A DNA stretch of 63,997 nt, the filler included. It is 11 parts of 11 records of this genome, joined end to end, with 100 filler letters (N's around TTAATTAATTAA, not from the genome) between each part and the next. Parts side by side here need not be neighbours in the genome. Positions count along the whole stretch, not along the records: positions 1 to 3,944 come from SRR9188676_912; positions 4,045 to 8,592 come from SRR9188676_923; positions 8,693 to 22,328 come from SRR9188676_924; 8 more parts are not named here. One strand, written 5' to 3'. How positions within the stretch are numbered: position 1 is the first letter of the stretch; the number at the start of each line of letters is the position of its first letter. The position numbers and the translations under genes were made by a program. The notes under the pieces were generated by a model. The model was not told where the DNA came from and did no database searches. It saw only the letters and a program-made list of their open reading frames with translations. Positions 1 to 10,962 of this stretch are shown here, piece after piece.

Positions 1-191
1 CGGTGGAGGTAGTAATCTACCTCTCAAGGAGAAAACATACTATACCGCGGTAGAGAAGGAAATATATGTGTGGAGTATATGTGTATATCATCATCATCCT
101 CATTATTTCCTTATTTTCCACAAAGGATAAGGCCAAACAAGAATGTACGGTTACGAAAGATGTGTGTAGATATGTAGGGACAAACACAAAC

Positions 192-1674
192 CTTAAGTAA
201 ATTCGCCAGAGTATCGTCCGTTACATCTTTAGTATGCATGCGTATCGCTCGAACAGCTTTACTGACGTGAGTGACAGCTATGGCGTGACTAGCGCGGGTG
301 TGACGTGAGCTAGCGCCTCGGCCGGAAGAAGGTGGCATAGAAGGTTGAATAGGTTGATTAGAAGGTTGGATGAAAGGTTGAATCGAAGAGGCAATTGTAG
401 TGGATGTGTGTGAGGATGAAAATGATGGAATGGGATTACTCTGAGGATGAAAAGGGGTAGATTGGTTTTGGATTTGGTTCTGGTCAGGAGTCAGTGAATG
501 CGTGGAGCATGCAACGGTTAGGAGTACACGTGTCATAGCGCACACATCACTTTCGGGAACAATATTTAACGCCTCTTCAAGCAGGTTCACAACTTCGCGC
601 TACATAATAGAAAAGGAAGAAAGAAAAAGAGAACGTGGTGAGGTTGGGAAAGAGGAGACATGAGTTGAAAAGACGAGGGTTATGAGTACACGTGTCATTG
701 TGCACACATCACTTTTGGGAACGATGCAAGTTCGAATGTTCTCTCCCTTTCTTCATTTTCATGCATTCACTCCTACCATTACCCCCCGTTCCAGGGAACC
801 TTTCCCTGGACCCCTTCCTTTCACTACGCAGAACATCTGAGTGTCAGAGGAATGGACAAGTCAAAATAGAAGTGTTCTTAACCGATTCTTGAATATCATG
901 TACTCATTCTCACCATTTTTCCTTCTCAAATTTCGAGCACGATACTCAGTAGAGGGTCGAGACTACAAATGATGTAGCTCAAATTCAGAGCTCTCTTGTC
1001 ATTGATGTCTTCTCAATGCGAGACAAATTAATTGATACAGAAAGAGATGTCTTGATGTTTAACTATTATTGGGAGAGATGAGTGATACGAACTGTGCGAT
1101 GGAAGAAATCAGGAACAACTGATGATTAGTATGGAGATTGAAAGACCATCAGTGTGGAAAGATGAAACTTAGAAGATCGGGTTCTTACCGCAACCGAGGA
1201 TGGGAATGACATCTCGACAAAGATAGCCATCGCAATCACAAAGAGTTCAATGTCGCTTTGGCTCAATCTTCGAAAAGTGGAAAGCATGGTCTGCATTAAC
1301 TCGACATCTCCATAAAGTGCAAACTGAAAGAGAAGGAAGAGAGATTCAGTGATACCCGTGTGTTAAAATGGGAGAATAAAGATAGAAAAGAGGATATGAT
1401 GGATCGTAGGATGGAGAAAATGTCATACTTTCGGCAGAAATCGCAGTAGTGTCTTGGGGTATGGACAAATCTCAAGTACTTGAACGAGGCAGATTGCGAT
1501 CTGAGACGATGGACGCGTTTCAAGAAGGGATGTGAGAAAATTGGCGAAATCTTGCTCAGTGTCGAAGTTTCTTTCAAGAACATTCTCCGCGATGAAGCTC
1601 GATGCATTCAGAACAGCGGCATTTGGCGTTTCTCGGATGAATACATTAGGGATCCGATGATTCGAGCTACCCAT
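192..1674 (-). CDS. Multi-exon eukaryotic alpha-helical protein, 3' incomplete, weakly FANCD2-like (exons about 1674-1429, 1323-1189, 599-192)
   Basis: Phase-0 GT-AG junctions join ...LEICPYPKTLLRFLPK|FALYGD...FPSSVA|REVVNLLEEALNIVPESDVCAMTRVLL. The hydrophobic pattern recalls the FANCD2 N-terminal solenoid from memory only. Start codon uncertain. Confidence 0.45.
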
Positions 1675-2161
1675 GTCGAAATGAGAGCAAAATTTCAGCA
1701 GAATCAGCGTCTTTTAAGACTCTTTTTCATCATCTTATCGCGCAGGACGAATGTATCGACGCAGGCATCACGATCAGAATGAAAGGAGCGAAATTTCAGC
1801 TCGGGGAATAAAACTACCACAATGGTTTCTAAACTAATGGACTTTCTCTTGACAATACCACAGGTCATGTGTTAGTCAACGTCAAAAAACGCCGATTCTG
1901 CCTTCGAAAAGGGCAGATGCTACCGCTCAGTCAAGCCGCAGGCTGGCAACATTCCATTCCAATTCAATTGTCCCTTTCTGAAACACAAAATCGGTTTCAA
2001 ACCCTGGTAAACCAATCCAACCACAGGACCAAAAACACACCACAACAATTTTCGCCATTCGTCATGACCTGTCCCTATTTTCTGCAACGTCTTCTGGTTC
2101 CAGAGCCAAACTTTCAACACGATTCTCTCGTTCGATTATCGACTACTTTCAGCAGAAAAAA

Positions 2162-3674
2162 ATGGTGAATGTTACTGAAAAGATCCAGGCTTTGAAGGCT
2201 GTCAAGTACCTCTCTGCCTTGAACGATAACACTGTGCGCCACGTCGCTGACGCTCTCCAGTTTGTCGCTTACAATGATGGTGACTTGATCGCTCAAGGTT
2301 TGTGAAACCGCTTCGAGTTTTTTGCTCGATATGATATGAGGTTGGTGTTCTAATGATTCCGCGTCATATAGGTTGCGACCAAGGTCTCTTCATCATCCAC
2401 TCTGGCATCGCTGTCGAGCAGAAGCCTGATAGCACTGTTGTCGAGTATCCCGCTGGCACTTACTTCGGCCTTGGCCAACTGGTAAGTTTCATTTCCCTTT
2501 CATAAAAGCAAATTCTGGAACTCTTTTTTTGAGGCCGCGATCGTTGAGCTCTGTTTTGTTTACTTGATCGCTGATCATTTTCTGTTTCGTTTCCGTCTCT
2601 CTCTCTTATTTTTTTTTCCCCTCGCAGTTCCATGATGTGCCCCACACTGGCGCCTTCCGCGCTCGTGGTGCCGTCCAGGCCTGGAAGCTCGATGCCTGCA
2701 TCTTCAAGAACATTCTTGAGAATGAGATTCCTGCTACCCCTGCTGGTGTGGTCATTGGTGTGATCGGTGCTGGTGCCGTCGGTGCTTCTGCTGCCAGCTC
2801 TCTGATCCAGAAGAACATTGCCGGAACTGTGAAGCTGTTCGATATCAACACCACACTCTGCGAGGGTGAGGTCTTGGATTTGCAAGATGAGGCCTTCATC
2901 ACCGGTACCACTGTTAAGCTGGCCCCCACTCTTGGCGACCTCCGTGACTGCGACATTGTCGTGATCACTGCCGGTGCCAAGCAGCAGCCTGGTGAGCCCC
3001 GTACTGCTCTTGTCAAGCGCAATGCCAAGATCCTCAAGGGCATCTTGGAGGGCATGTTCCCTCTGCGCCCTAGCACCATCCTCTTGCTCGTCACCAACCC
3101 TGTGGACATCCTCACCTCTCTTGCCCAAGTCTGGTGCGCTCCTTACATCCCCTCCACCCAAGTCATTGGCTCTGGTACCTACCTCGATACTCAGCGTCTG
3201 CGTGTGTCTCTTGCCACTACTCTCGGCATCTCTGTCAAGTCCATCCACGCCTACGTGCTCGGTGAGCATGGTGACTCTCAATTTGTCTCGCGATCTGCGT
3301 CCCGAATCGGCGGCTGCTCCCTGGACCAGCTCTCTCAGCTCAACGACGAAGACCTCAAGAAACTCGAGGAAGCCACCAAGCGCAAGGCCTACGAGATCAT
3401 CAACCGAAAGGGCGCGACCTCTCACGGTATCGGCGCCTGCGTGGCCGCGATCTGCGAAAGCATTGTGCTCGACAAGCGCGAGGTTCTCCCTGTGAGTGCC
3501 AAGAAGCAAGACGGTGGCTGCTGCATGGGCTGGCCCTCTATCCTCGGCAAGAAGGGTATCATTGCCACCATGCCCCTCCAGCTCACTCCTCATGAGACTG
3601 AGGCGCTCAACAAGACCACCGAGGTCATGACCGGCATCATCCGCGAGGTGCTGGCTGACCCCACTCTCGCTTAA
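2162..3674 (+). CDS. cNMP-binding-domain / L-lactate dehydrogenase fusion, join(2162..2297,2372..2481,2628..3674), 430 aa
   Basis: Two phase-compatible GT-AG introns (GTTTGT...CTAAT...TAG; GTAAGT...polypyrimidine CAG). N-terminal LKAVKYLSALND...YNDGDLIAQG...LFIIHSG...GTYFG...WKLD is a cNMP-fold pattern. The C-terminal part has GVIGAGAVG, TAGAKQQPGEPR (Gln102, LDH-type), NPVD, LDTQR and GEHGDS. Confidence 0.9.
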
Positions 3675-3944
3675 AATTATTCTCTCTATATCTATTTGGG
3701 ACTTTCTTCTTATCGACTATAATCATATATCGTGTAATTATTATCTACTGTGTATACTTTAATCTGTATTCTAGAATACTTCTCCGACGGAGCTAAATAA
3801 ACATCTATTTACCTCAATTTGCGGACTTAACTGTTTTTGCATTTACAAAAACTCTGCTCTCTGTTGGCTGAGTTTCGGTCAGCCCACCAGAGGTACCGTA
3901 TTGTCTCGCATATTGCGGCCTCCGCATACAGTTGCATCTCGAAT

Positions 3945-4044
3945 NNNNNNNNNNNNNNNNNNNNNNNNNNNNNNNNNNNNNNNNNNNNTTAATTAATTAA
4001 NNNNNNNNNNNNNNNNNNNNNNNNNNNNNNNNNNNNNNNNNNNN
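3945..4044. other. Artificial contig linker (N44-TTAATTAATTAA-N44). Identical linkers at 8593-8692, 22329-22428, 25730-25829, 29173-29272, 31334-31433, 35936-36035, 51449-51548, 54938-55037 and 61557-61656
   Basis: Exactly 100 nt each with a central all-frame-stop 12-mer; composition and gene style change abruptly across them. Confidence 0.99.
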
Positions 4045-5496
4045 GGGAACTATCCCCCTTTTTGACAGTGTCATCTCTTGATTCGTTTTGACCCGATCAG
4101 CACAGAGTTCGGATTGTTGCCGAGGCAGTACCTGGGGGGTTTTGGCGAACGTCACAAGCTCCGGAAACTCAGAGAAAGTTTTAGTGGTTTCGTGGGGATC
4201 CACAGGGATTCATTCGGTCACGAATCATAAGGACAGGCCTACTAACAACAAAGATATGAAGTGGGTCTCGTGAAATGGCGGTAAGTACTGATAACTGAGA
4301 CCGTGGAATTATCCGCGTGATACTGACGGTACTACTGACAGCTGAAGAGATAGGAGAATTCACGGGCTAATGCGAGTGATGCGAGTGAGAATAGGGGAGC
4401 AAGACAAAGTGATCATTTGATAGATGAAGATGAATGACGAGTGGAGAAATTCACAATGGTCGTGCTGTGGTTGACAGTTTATAAACCGTGGGGTGTGCTT
4501 GAGGCATGGTTTTCTTTCTTTCTCTACTCTCTCAGAGTACTAGACTGACAACGGTGATGAATGTTTGCTTGGACACAAGCTTACAGAAGAGTGGGCCTAT
4601 ACATCACAGGGAAAGGGGGGTCCGGCAGCCAAATTGGTGAGAAAAGCGAAACATTTTGGATGGAGCGGTGCCCCCTTTTCCCAGTGCATACTAGTTTATC
4701 CCTAGTGTGCTCCGAGAGGAGTGAGTATAGTGGGAATGGTGTCTTGCAGATATTCATTGATGACAGTAGGGGGTGAATGTGCGAATGAAGATTGGAGGAG
4801 CTGTATAAGAGAAATGATGAGTCAGAGTCGAGATAAGTGGCAAAGAGGTCTCTAGCATAACGGTCATTAGTGTAATTAGTGGACAGAGGGAGTGTGGGAT
4901 CTGTCAGAGTCTGAGGGGTACCGACGGTGAAGAATGAAGGGTAAATCGGTTTATATAGGCAATATAACCTTTGATGAGAGTGGTGATGGTGACAGAAAGA
5001 TCGTCAATATTTGGACCATGAATCTGTTTCGTGGTGAGTGATAGTGTGAGTGTGCGTGAGGGAGGATGTTGATGATTTTCGATAGGCTTTCATGCAGATG
5101 CTCATTCGCATAATCAATGATCGGAAGTTGTAAGGTAAGTCCGCATAGACCAAGCACTGGGTGATAATAGTGGCGATGCTGGTGGCAGAAAAGTCTCGAA
5201 AGTATGGGGAATGGGGGCGGTTGCTTGCTGATCAGCGAGAAGGAACTTGTTCATGGAGATATTGGCAGGGAAGTCAGTGGATTATTCCCCAAATTATAAG
5301 TGTGAGTGATAGTGGTGTTGGTGCAGGAAATGGTGATGGTGTTGCTGAAAAAGAAGTCTAGAATATGTGGCTCATGGGGTAGCTGTTGATGAGCCTGCAA
5401 GAAGTTTGTTCACAGTGGCAGATGATAATGGGGGTGATGGTTGCAATCATGTGGTGTGACATAACAGTCGACAGTGCAGGAGGCATATGTGCTCGT

Positions 5497-7515
5497 TTAA
5501 TGATCGGCAAGGAACTTGGTCACGTAGACCTTGGCAGGGAAATTCGTTGGCAAATCCCCAAAGATGTCCCGAGAGGATTCCATAGCCTCTTCAGCATCCT
5601 TTGCAGCTTGGCGCATCTTGGCCACAAAGTCCTCAGAGAACGAGGCATTGGCTCCCTCCAGCGCACGGATCGAGCATTCAGCATACTTCCATCTCGCAAT
5701 GGCCTGCTTCTGGTCCTTCTTGAGGATCAGAGGAATGGCAAGCTCGTAATCCCCAGAGGCCTCCTCATACTTCTTTTCCTGGATGTAATACCAGCCTCGG
5801 TTCATGTAGGCCTGTGCGCGGAATGCAGTCTGCATGGCCTTGAGTGGGTCAGTCTGGACTTGCTCAGACATCAGGCGGTTGGCACCACCAAAGAGGAATT
5901 TGTGGCGAGGATCAGAGGTGGTGACAGGGACTGCAGCTACTTCCTTAATGATGCTTTCATTCAGTTCTAGGATGTGAGGCAGAGCCCATTCGAAGGCCTC
6001 TCGGGACATGAGATAGCCACCGATGAGAATCTCGACTAGGAAAGCGCGCAGGCCAGAGAGGAATTCCTTGGAGAAAACCGCAGGGTCAGCATATTGGCTA
6101 GCGTCTGTGCGATTCTTGATGGCATCGGTCATGGCAGTGAGTAAGTTGCGCTCTTCATGCAGAGCTTCAAGCAGCATGAGACAGTGCTTCACTGGTGTGA
6201 GAGCATCGCCGAATTGTCCAATGGTCATGCAGAACCAGCTCATGAGCACAGGGCCACGGATATTCGCAGACATTGCATTCGCCACCTGGAGTGCATCCCC
6301 ACCCTTATCCAGGCGCTCCTTGTACGCAGAGAGGATCTCTCCAGGGCTTTCGGCCTGAGCAGCCTCAAATTGCTGAGAAGCTTTCATCATTAAGTTGCCA
6401 AACATCTCGAGCTTAGGCTCCACAGGCTGGTCCAAACGGCAAGCACGTGGATAGACAATGATAGCATTGGTCATGTTGATCAGTCCATCGAGGTTATCCT
6501 CAAGTCCTTGCTGAATGCCCTTATTCCACATTCTATCAGCATCATAGATGATGCGATCAGCAGTGCCATAGGCAGGGAAAACCTCATCCCCAGTGTGAGC
6601 CTTCGCAAGTTCGCGCACTCGGGTCACAGGGTAGGCCTCAATAGTCACAATGTTGATGTCAGGCTGGTTCATCTGAATTTCGAGCTGCAGATCCTCAAGC
6701 TGCTTCTGGAGAGAGGCATCACCAGGGCACTTCTCAAGACCAAGCAAGTAGGTGATGGCAGCATTGCTGGAGCGGGAGAGATCAACAAATACATAAAATA
6801 AGTTCATTGTGACCAGATTCATTGCTCGATAGCGAAACTATCCCAACAAGTAAAACAACAAATAAATAAAGTAGCGCATAATGACCAAAAATCATTGGAT
6901 ATAAATCAATCAATAAAGCCCATAAAGGATATCAGGATAGAATATACAACTGATCCGAAAGGGGTCATGATATAGATACGACCCGAGTGGATGAAGAAAT
7001 ACAGTGAAAATGAAGATGATCGCATGATAAAGATAGATAGAAGCATGGAAAGAATAAAGAGAGGTCTAGAAAAATGAGGATAGAGAGAAAAGAAATGTGG
7101 AGGAAAATGCAGGTCATGAAAACGAAAAATAAATAGATAATATATGGTATATCAAAAATATCAGAAATCGCCAAGAGCAAGGTATTGGGGAATAGAGGGA
7201 AGCTGGGCTCGAAATCGAAAATCAGAAGTCTGAAATGACAAACCTGTACTGCTTCATCATTTGGAAGGCTGCGGCCTTGCGAGCGTAACCACGAGCCCAC
7301 TCAGGCTTGAGATTGATGGTGATATCGGCATCCTGCACAGCCTTCATGAACTCGCCCTTCTTGCAGAAGGCAGCGGATCGGTTGCTGAAGTAAATGTGGT
7401 TATCGGGGTCGAGAGAGATGGCCTCGGAGAAGAGCTCAATGGCCTTGTCATAATCACCAGCAGAAAAGGCAGTGTTACCCTCACCCTTCAGTTCTTCAGC
7501 CCGAGCATTAGCCAT
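5497..7515 (-). CDS. TPR protein with STI1/Hop-like N-terminal TPR domain, join(7515..7244,6766..5497), about 513 aa
   Basis: ELKGEGN...YFSNRSAA...WARGYARKAAA carboxylate-clamp TPR. A phase-2 intron (GTTTG...CAG) continues into the third TPR (SNAAITYLLGLEKCPGDASL). A further TPR-like segment lies near the C-terminus. Confidence 0.85.
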
Positions 7516-7724
7516 CTCTTTTCTTTCTCAGCCTCTCCAGCAATCTCTCTTGACTGACAAAAACTGTATGACGCGAGAGGATGGATCTGCTAGGTGTAGA
7601 TCCGTATGGGGGGTAATCTACTGGTCAATGTTTAGATCTTGATTCATAAAATGAAAATGTGAACCTCCGGGCCAGGAGTATGTTGAACACATTCCATTGT
7701 GGCACTGACTCGCCCCGAAGTGGA

Positions 7725-8496
7725 ATGACCGAAGAATCCGCATTGAGCTCAACTTCGATTGTTTTAGGCCAAAAAAATCCCGCTAATGATGATGCGCTTG
7801 AAGCTGTGCGACTCGCACTGATTCATTTGAACGATTTCTCACGTAAGTGAGCGGTCATTCGTTTCGCAAATTCAGGGCTGACCAATTTTCCAGAAAGCGC
7901 GGAGGAAAAGCAACAAGAAATCGAAGAGGAAAAGCAGAGAAAAGCAAAATGTCTCGGGCGCCAACGAGGTGATGTGCTTGCATCGATCCTGAAAAGACCT
8001 CTGAAACATCACTTCGACCTTCACGATGATTCTACTCTTTCTGCCTCTGTATGCCCACTGGTATCATTGGGTCCGGTTCTGAACCTTTTTTTCTCATAGC
8101 GCTACTATAATTTTTAGGAAATACGATTTCTCTATGTGACACATGCGCTCTCAGTTGTGAGAAATCTTGGACCAGCGATCGATCAGTCCGAAAGCTACAC
8201 TAACTTGCCTTCAGAGGCCATGCTTGGGACCAAGGTCTGTCATGCCTTTTCTATGTTCAATTATTTCTATCAGCTGTATGATGCGTTTTCAACCTCTTCT
8301 CCTTGATTTTTCGAGAGTTGTACTTGATTGCTCATTGACTTCAATATGTCACATCATTCCACGTATGTCACTTCATTTTAGGACCAACAAGTGATCAGAC
8401 CCATGCTGGAGATGCTTGTCTGTCTGGGCTTGTACCCCTACTTCGATCCTGGTGTGGGAATTCCACTCTCTAAGAGATCGAAAAATCTCGCGAAAG
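7725..8496 (+). CDS. TANGO6/Rtp1-like protein, 5' exons only (contig ends in a poly-A run)
   Basis: Exon about 8382-8496 encodes DQQVIRPMLEMLVCLGLYPYFDPGVGIPLSKRS, matching the TANGO6 LGxxPYLxPGVGVPLxxR motif. Short upstream GT-AG exons start from ATG 7725. Confidence 0.7.
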
Positions 8497-8693
8497 GTCA
8501 GTCTTCGTGGATTCTGGGTGGATTTAAAGTGGATTTCATAAGGAATTCGGATCACGAATCGTTTAGTCAAAAAAAAAAAAAAAAAAAAAAAANNNNNNNN
8601 NNNNNNNNNNNNNNNNNNNNNNNNNNNNNNNNNNNNTTAATTAATTAANNNNNNNNNNNNNNNNNNNNNNNNNNNNNNNNNNNNNNNNNNNNC

Positions 8694-9770
8694 AAACCAC
8701 AAGGTGAAAGAAGAGAATTTAACTCAGAGCGTCGTGACTTTAAACCACAAGGTGATAAGCCAGCTTTTGAACGCAAAGAGTTTGTAGATAAAAGAAAGCC
8801 TGTTGGCAAGAGATTTGATAAAGGTGACTTTAACAAGCCTCGTCCAGATGCAGGAAGTTTTGAAAAAAAAAGTAGAAGCGAAAGACCCGAAAAAACTTTT
8901 GGTTCTGCCAAAGCAAATTTCGGAGGAGAGAATCTTTTTAAAGCACACAGACCAGTAGAACAGTCTGATAAATGGACTCCGAACTACAAACTTGATAAGT
9001 ACAAAGATACTGCACCAAGAAAAGTTCAGAAATTGATTGAAAAATCAGAGCATAAATCTAATTCAGATGTACGTTTGAACCGTTATATTGCTAATTCAGG
9101 CGTTTGTTCTCGTCGTGAAGCTGATGATTTAATCAAAGCGGGAGCTATTAAAGTAAATGGCGAAGTCGTTACTGAAATGGGTTATCAAGTAAAACCTGGC
9201 GACATCGTTAAGTACGGAACGAAGAAATTGAATCGTGAGAAAATGGTTTATGTTTTGGTAAACAAACCAAAAGATTTTATCACCACGACTGAAGACCCGA
9301 ACGACCGTAAAACAGTAATGGATTTAGTGAAAAATGCTTGCGAAGAACGTATCTACCCAGTAGGTCGTTTAGACAGAAACACGACTGGTCTTTTATTGTT
9401 GACGAACGATGGTGAATTAGCCGATAAATTAACTCACCCTTCTAACGAAATCGAAAAGTTATACCAAGTAGAATTAGACAAACCTTTGACAGAAGAACAT
9501 TTCGAAAAAATCAAAGCGGGCGTTACTTTAGAAGATGGTGAAATCAAAGCAGATGAACTAGGAATGGTTACGCCTGATGGAATGGTTGTTGGTATTAAAA
9601 TTCACTCAGGTCGTAATAGAATTGTTAGACGTATCTTTGAATCACTAGGTTACGAAGTATTAAAACTAGATAGAACTACTTTCGCAGGTTTAAGTAAAAA
9701 GGATTTACCAAGAGGAACTTGGCGTTTCTTATCTGAAAGAGAAGTGGTGAAATTGAAATTTTTTAAATAA
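8694..9770 (+). CDS. rluB: RluB/RsuA-family 23S rRNA pseudouridine synthase with S4 domain, 5' truncated, charged N-terminal extension
   Basis: RLNRYIANSGVCSRREAD S4 motif, GRLDRNTTGLLLLTNDG catalytic Asp motif, GRNRIVRR. Frame open from the contig start. Confidence 0.9.
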   Translation, partial: KPQGERREFNSERRDFKPQGDKPAFERKEFVDKRKPVGKRFDKGDFNKPRPDAGSFEKKSRSERPEKTFGSAKANFGGENLFKAHRPVEQSDKWTPNYKLDKYKDTAPRKVQKLIEKSEHKSNSDVRLNRYIANSGVCSRREADDLIKAGAIKVNGEVVTEMGYQVKPGDIVKYGTKKLNREKMVYVLVNKPKDFITTTEDPNDRKTVMDLVKNACEERIYPVGRLDRNTTGLLLLTNDGELADKLTHPSNEIEKLYQVELDKPLTEEHFEKIKAGVTLEDGEIKADELGMVTPDGMVVGIKIHSGRNRIVRRIFESLGYEVLKLDRTTFAGLSKKDLPRGTWRFLSEREVVKLKFFK

Positions 9771-9855
9771 GCTATCAGCATTGAGCAGTAAGCCATGAGA
9801 TTTTTTATATAATCTAAAGTCTTGAATCTTTTCTCTCAATCCATTTTATAAAAAG

Positions 9856-9887
9856 CTCCGCAGGATTTATTTCTGCGGAGTTTTTTT
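9856..9887 (+). terminator. Intrinsic terminator
   Basis: CTCCGCAG...CTGCGGAG stem followed by T7. Confidence 0.8.
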
Positions 9888-9941
9888 ATTTATTTTTAAT
9901 CGAATAAACATTCATTTAATTGTTAGAATGTGAAAAAAATC

Positions 9942-9970
9942 AAAAAAGCCACTGAAATTCAGCGGCTTTT
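9942..9970 (-). terminator. Intrinsic terminator for the AraC gene
   Basis: AAAAAAGCCACTGAAATTCAGCGGCTTTT hairpin with A/T flanks between convergent genes. Confidence 0.7.
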
Positions 9971-10035
9971 CTAATATCTAAACAACTTTATAAACATAAT
10001 CTCGAAGCTCATCGCTCAAAGCTAACAGCTGCTAA

Positions 10036-10962
10036 TTACAAATTCATCAACGATTCTCTTCGTCTCATTTTTCCTGCAGGAATACCAAACATCATTTTGA
10101 AACGACGGCAGAAGTACGCAGTATCTTTGTAGCCTACATCAGCGCCAATAGCACGAATAGATTTCTTAGAAGTTCTTAACAAGCCTACAGCCGCTTCCAT
10201 TCTTTGGTATTCGATATAATCTTGAGGATTAATACCTGTCAACATTTTGAAATACTGACCAACATAGTCTTCAGAAACGTTTGCAACGTTTGCTAATACT
10301 TTATTCGATAAATCTCCACCGATATTATCTTTGATATATGCAAAAATATCAATCAAGCGTGGATCTTTGAAATAAGTACTGTTGGTTGCTAATTGTTCAA
10401 CAAACAAACGATTTTTGATGATGTAACGAATAATTTCGATAACAATCTCTTCCGTTTTAATTTTGATGACACGTCCTTTACCAAGAATATCCGTCATATC
10501 TTCTTTCAAAATCTCTGCTAGCATGTGGGCTAGTTTATCGTCTCTTTTGATTAAGAATGGTGGAATATCTAAAGAAGTAAAGAAGTTTACCGAATCAAAA
10601 ACTTTTGCCTCAAAAGCAACCATACCAAATGAATTCTCCATTTGCCCGATTCTTGAAGGCTCAAGGTTATATTCAAAATAAGACTCTCTATGAGTCATAA
10701 ATTCCTCATTTGATATAGCTTTTGGTTTGTCAGCGTTACCATAGGTTATCGAAAGCATTTTTCCACCAGGGATAAAAAGCATGTCTCCAACCTCAGCATG
10801 GATTGCTTCCTCGCCAAAAGAAACCTCGCCGTTGTACAAAATCAAGAGTGTATTTTCTACATCATAAAAGTTTTTGATACGGATAGGTTGTAATATTCTA
10901 ATGTTACGTGACTTGATAAACTTCACGCCTAGCGATTCAATTATCTTATTATAATCTTCCAT
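10036..10962 (-). CDS. AraC-family transcriptional regulator
   Basis: C-terminal double HTH (LANVANVSEDYVGQYFK...IGADVGYKDTAYFCRRFKMMFGIPAGKMRR). Confidence 0.92.
   Translation of the reverse strand: MEDYNKIIESLGVKFIKSRNIRILQPIRIKNFYDVENTLLILYNGEVSFGEEAIHAEVGDMLFIPGGKMLSITYGNADKPKAISNEEFMTHRESYFEYNLEPSRIGQMENSFGMVAFEAKVFDSVNFFTSLDIPPFLIKRDDKLAHMLAEILKEDMTDILGKGRVIKIKTEEIVIEIIRYIIKNRLFVEQLATNSTYFKDPRLIDIFAYIKDNIGGDLSNKVLANVANVSEDYVGQYFKMLTGINPQDYIEYQRMEAAVGLLRTSKKSIRAIGADVGYKDTAYFCRRFKMMFGIPAGKMRRRESLMNL

Noticed and set aside
2460-3593. 377-aa minus-strand ORF
   Set aside because: Antisense shadow of the codon-biased LDH gene; no recognisable motifs.
3989-4000. Repeated TTAATTAATTAA palindrome and ORFs running into X
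   Set aside because: Synthetic linker; ORFs touching it are artefacts.
4045-5480. Possible coding fragments (for example IGNITFDESGDG near 4935-5030)
   Set aside because: Could not build a consistent spliced frame; stops in all frames.
8569-8592. Poly-A run suggesting a retrocopy or mRNA tail
   Set aside because: Lies in an intron at a contig end; most simply a homopolymer assembly break.
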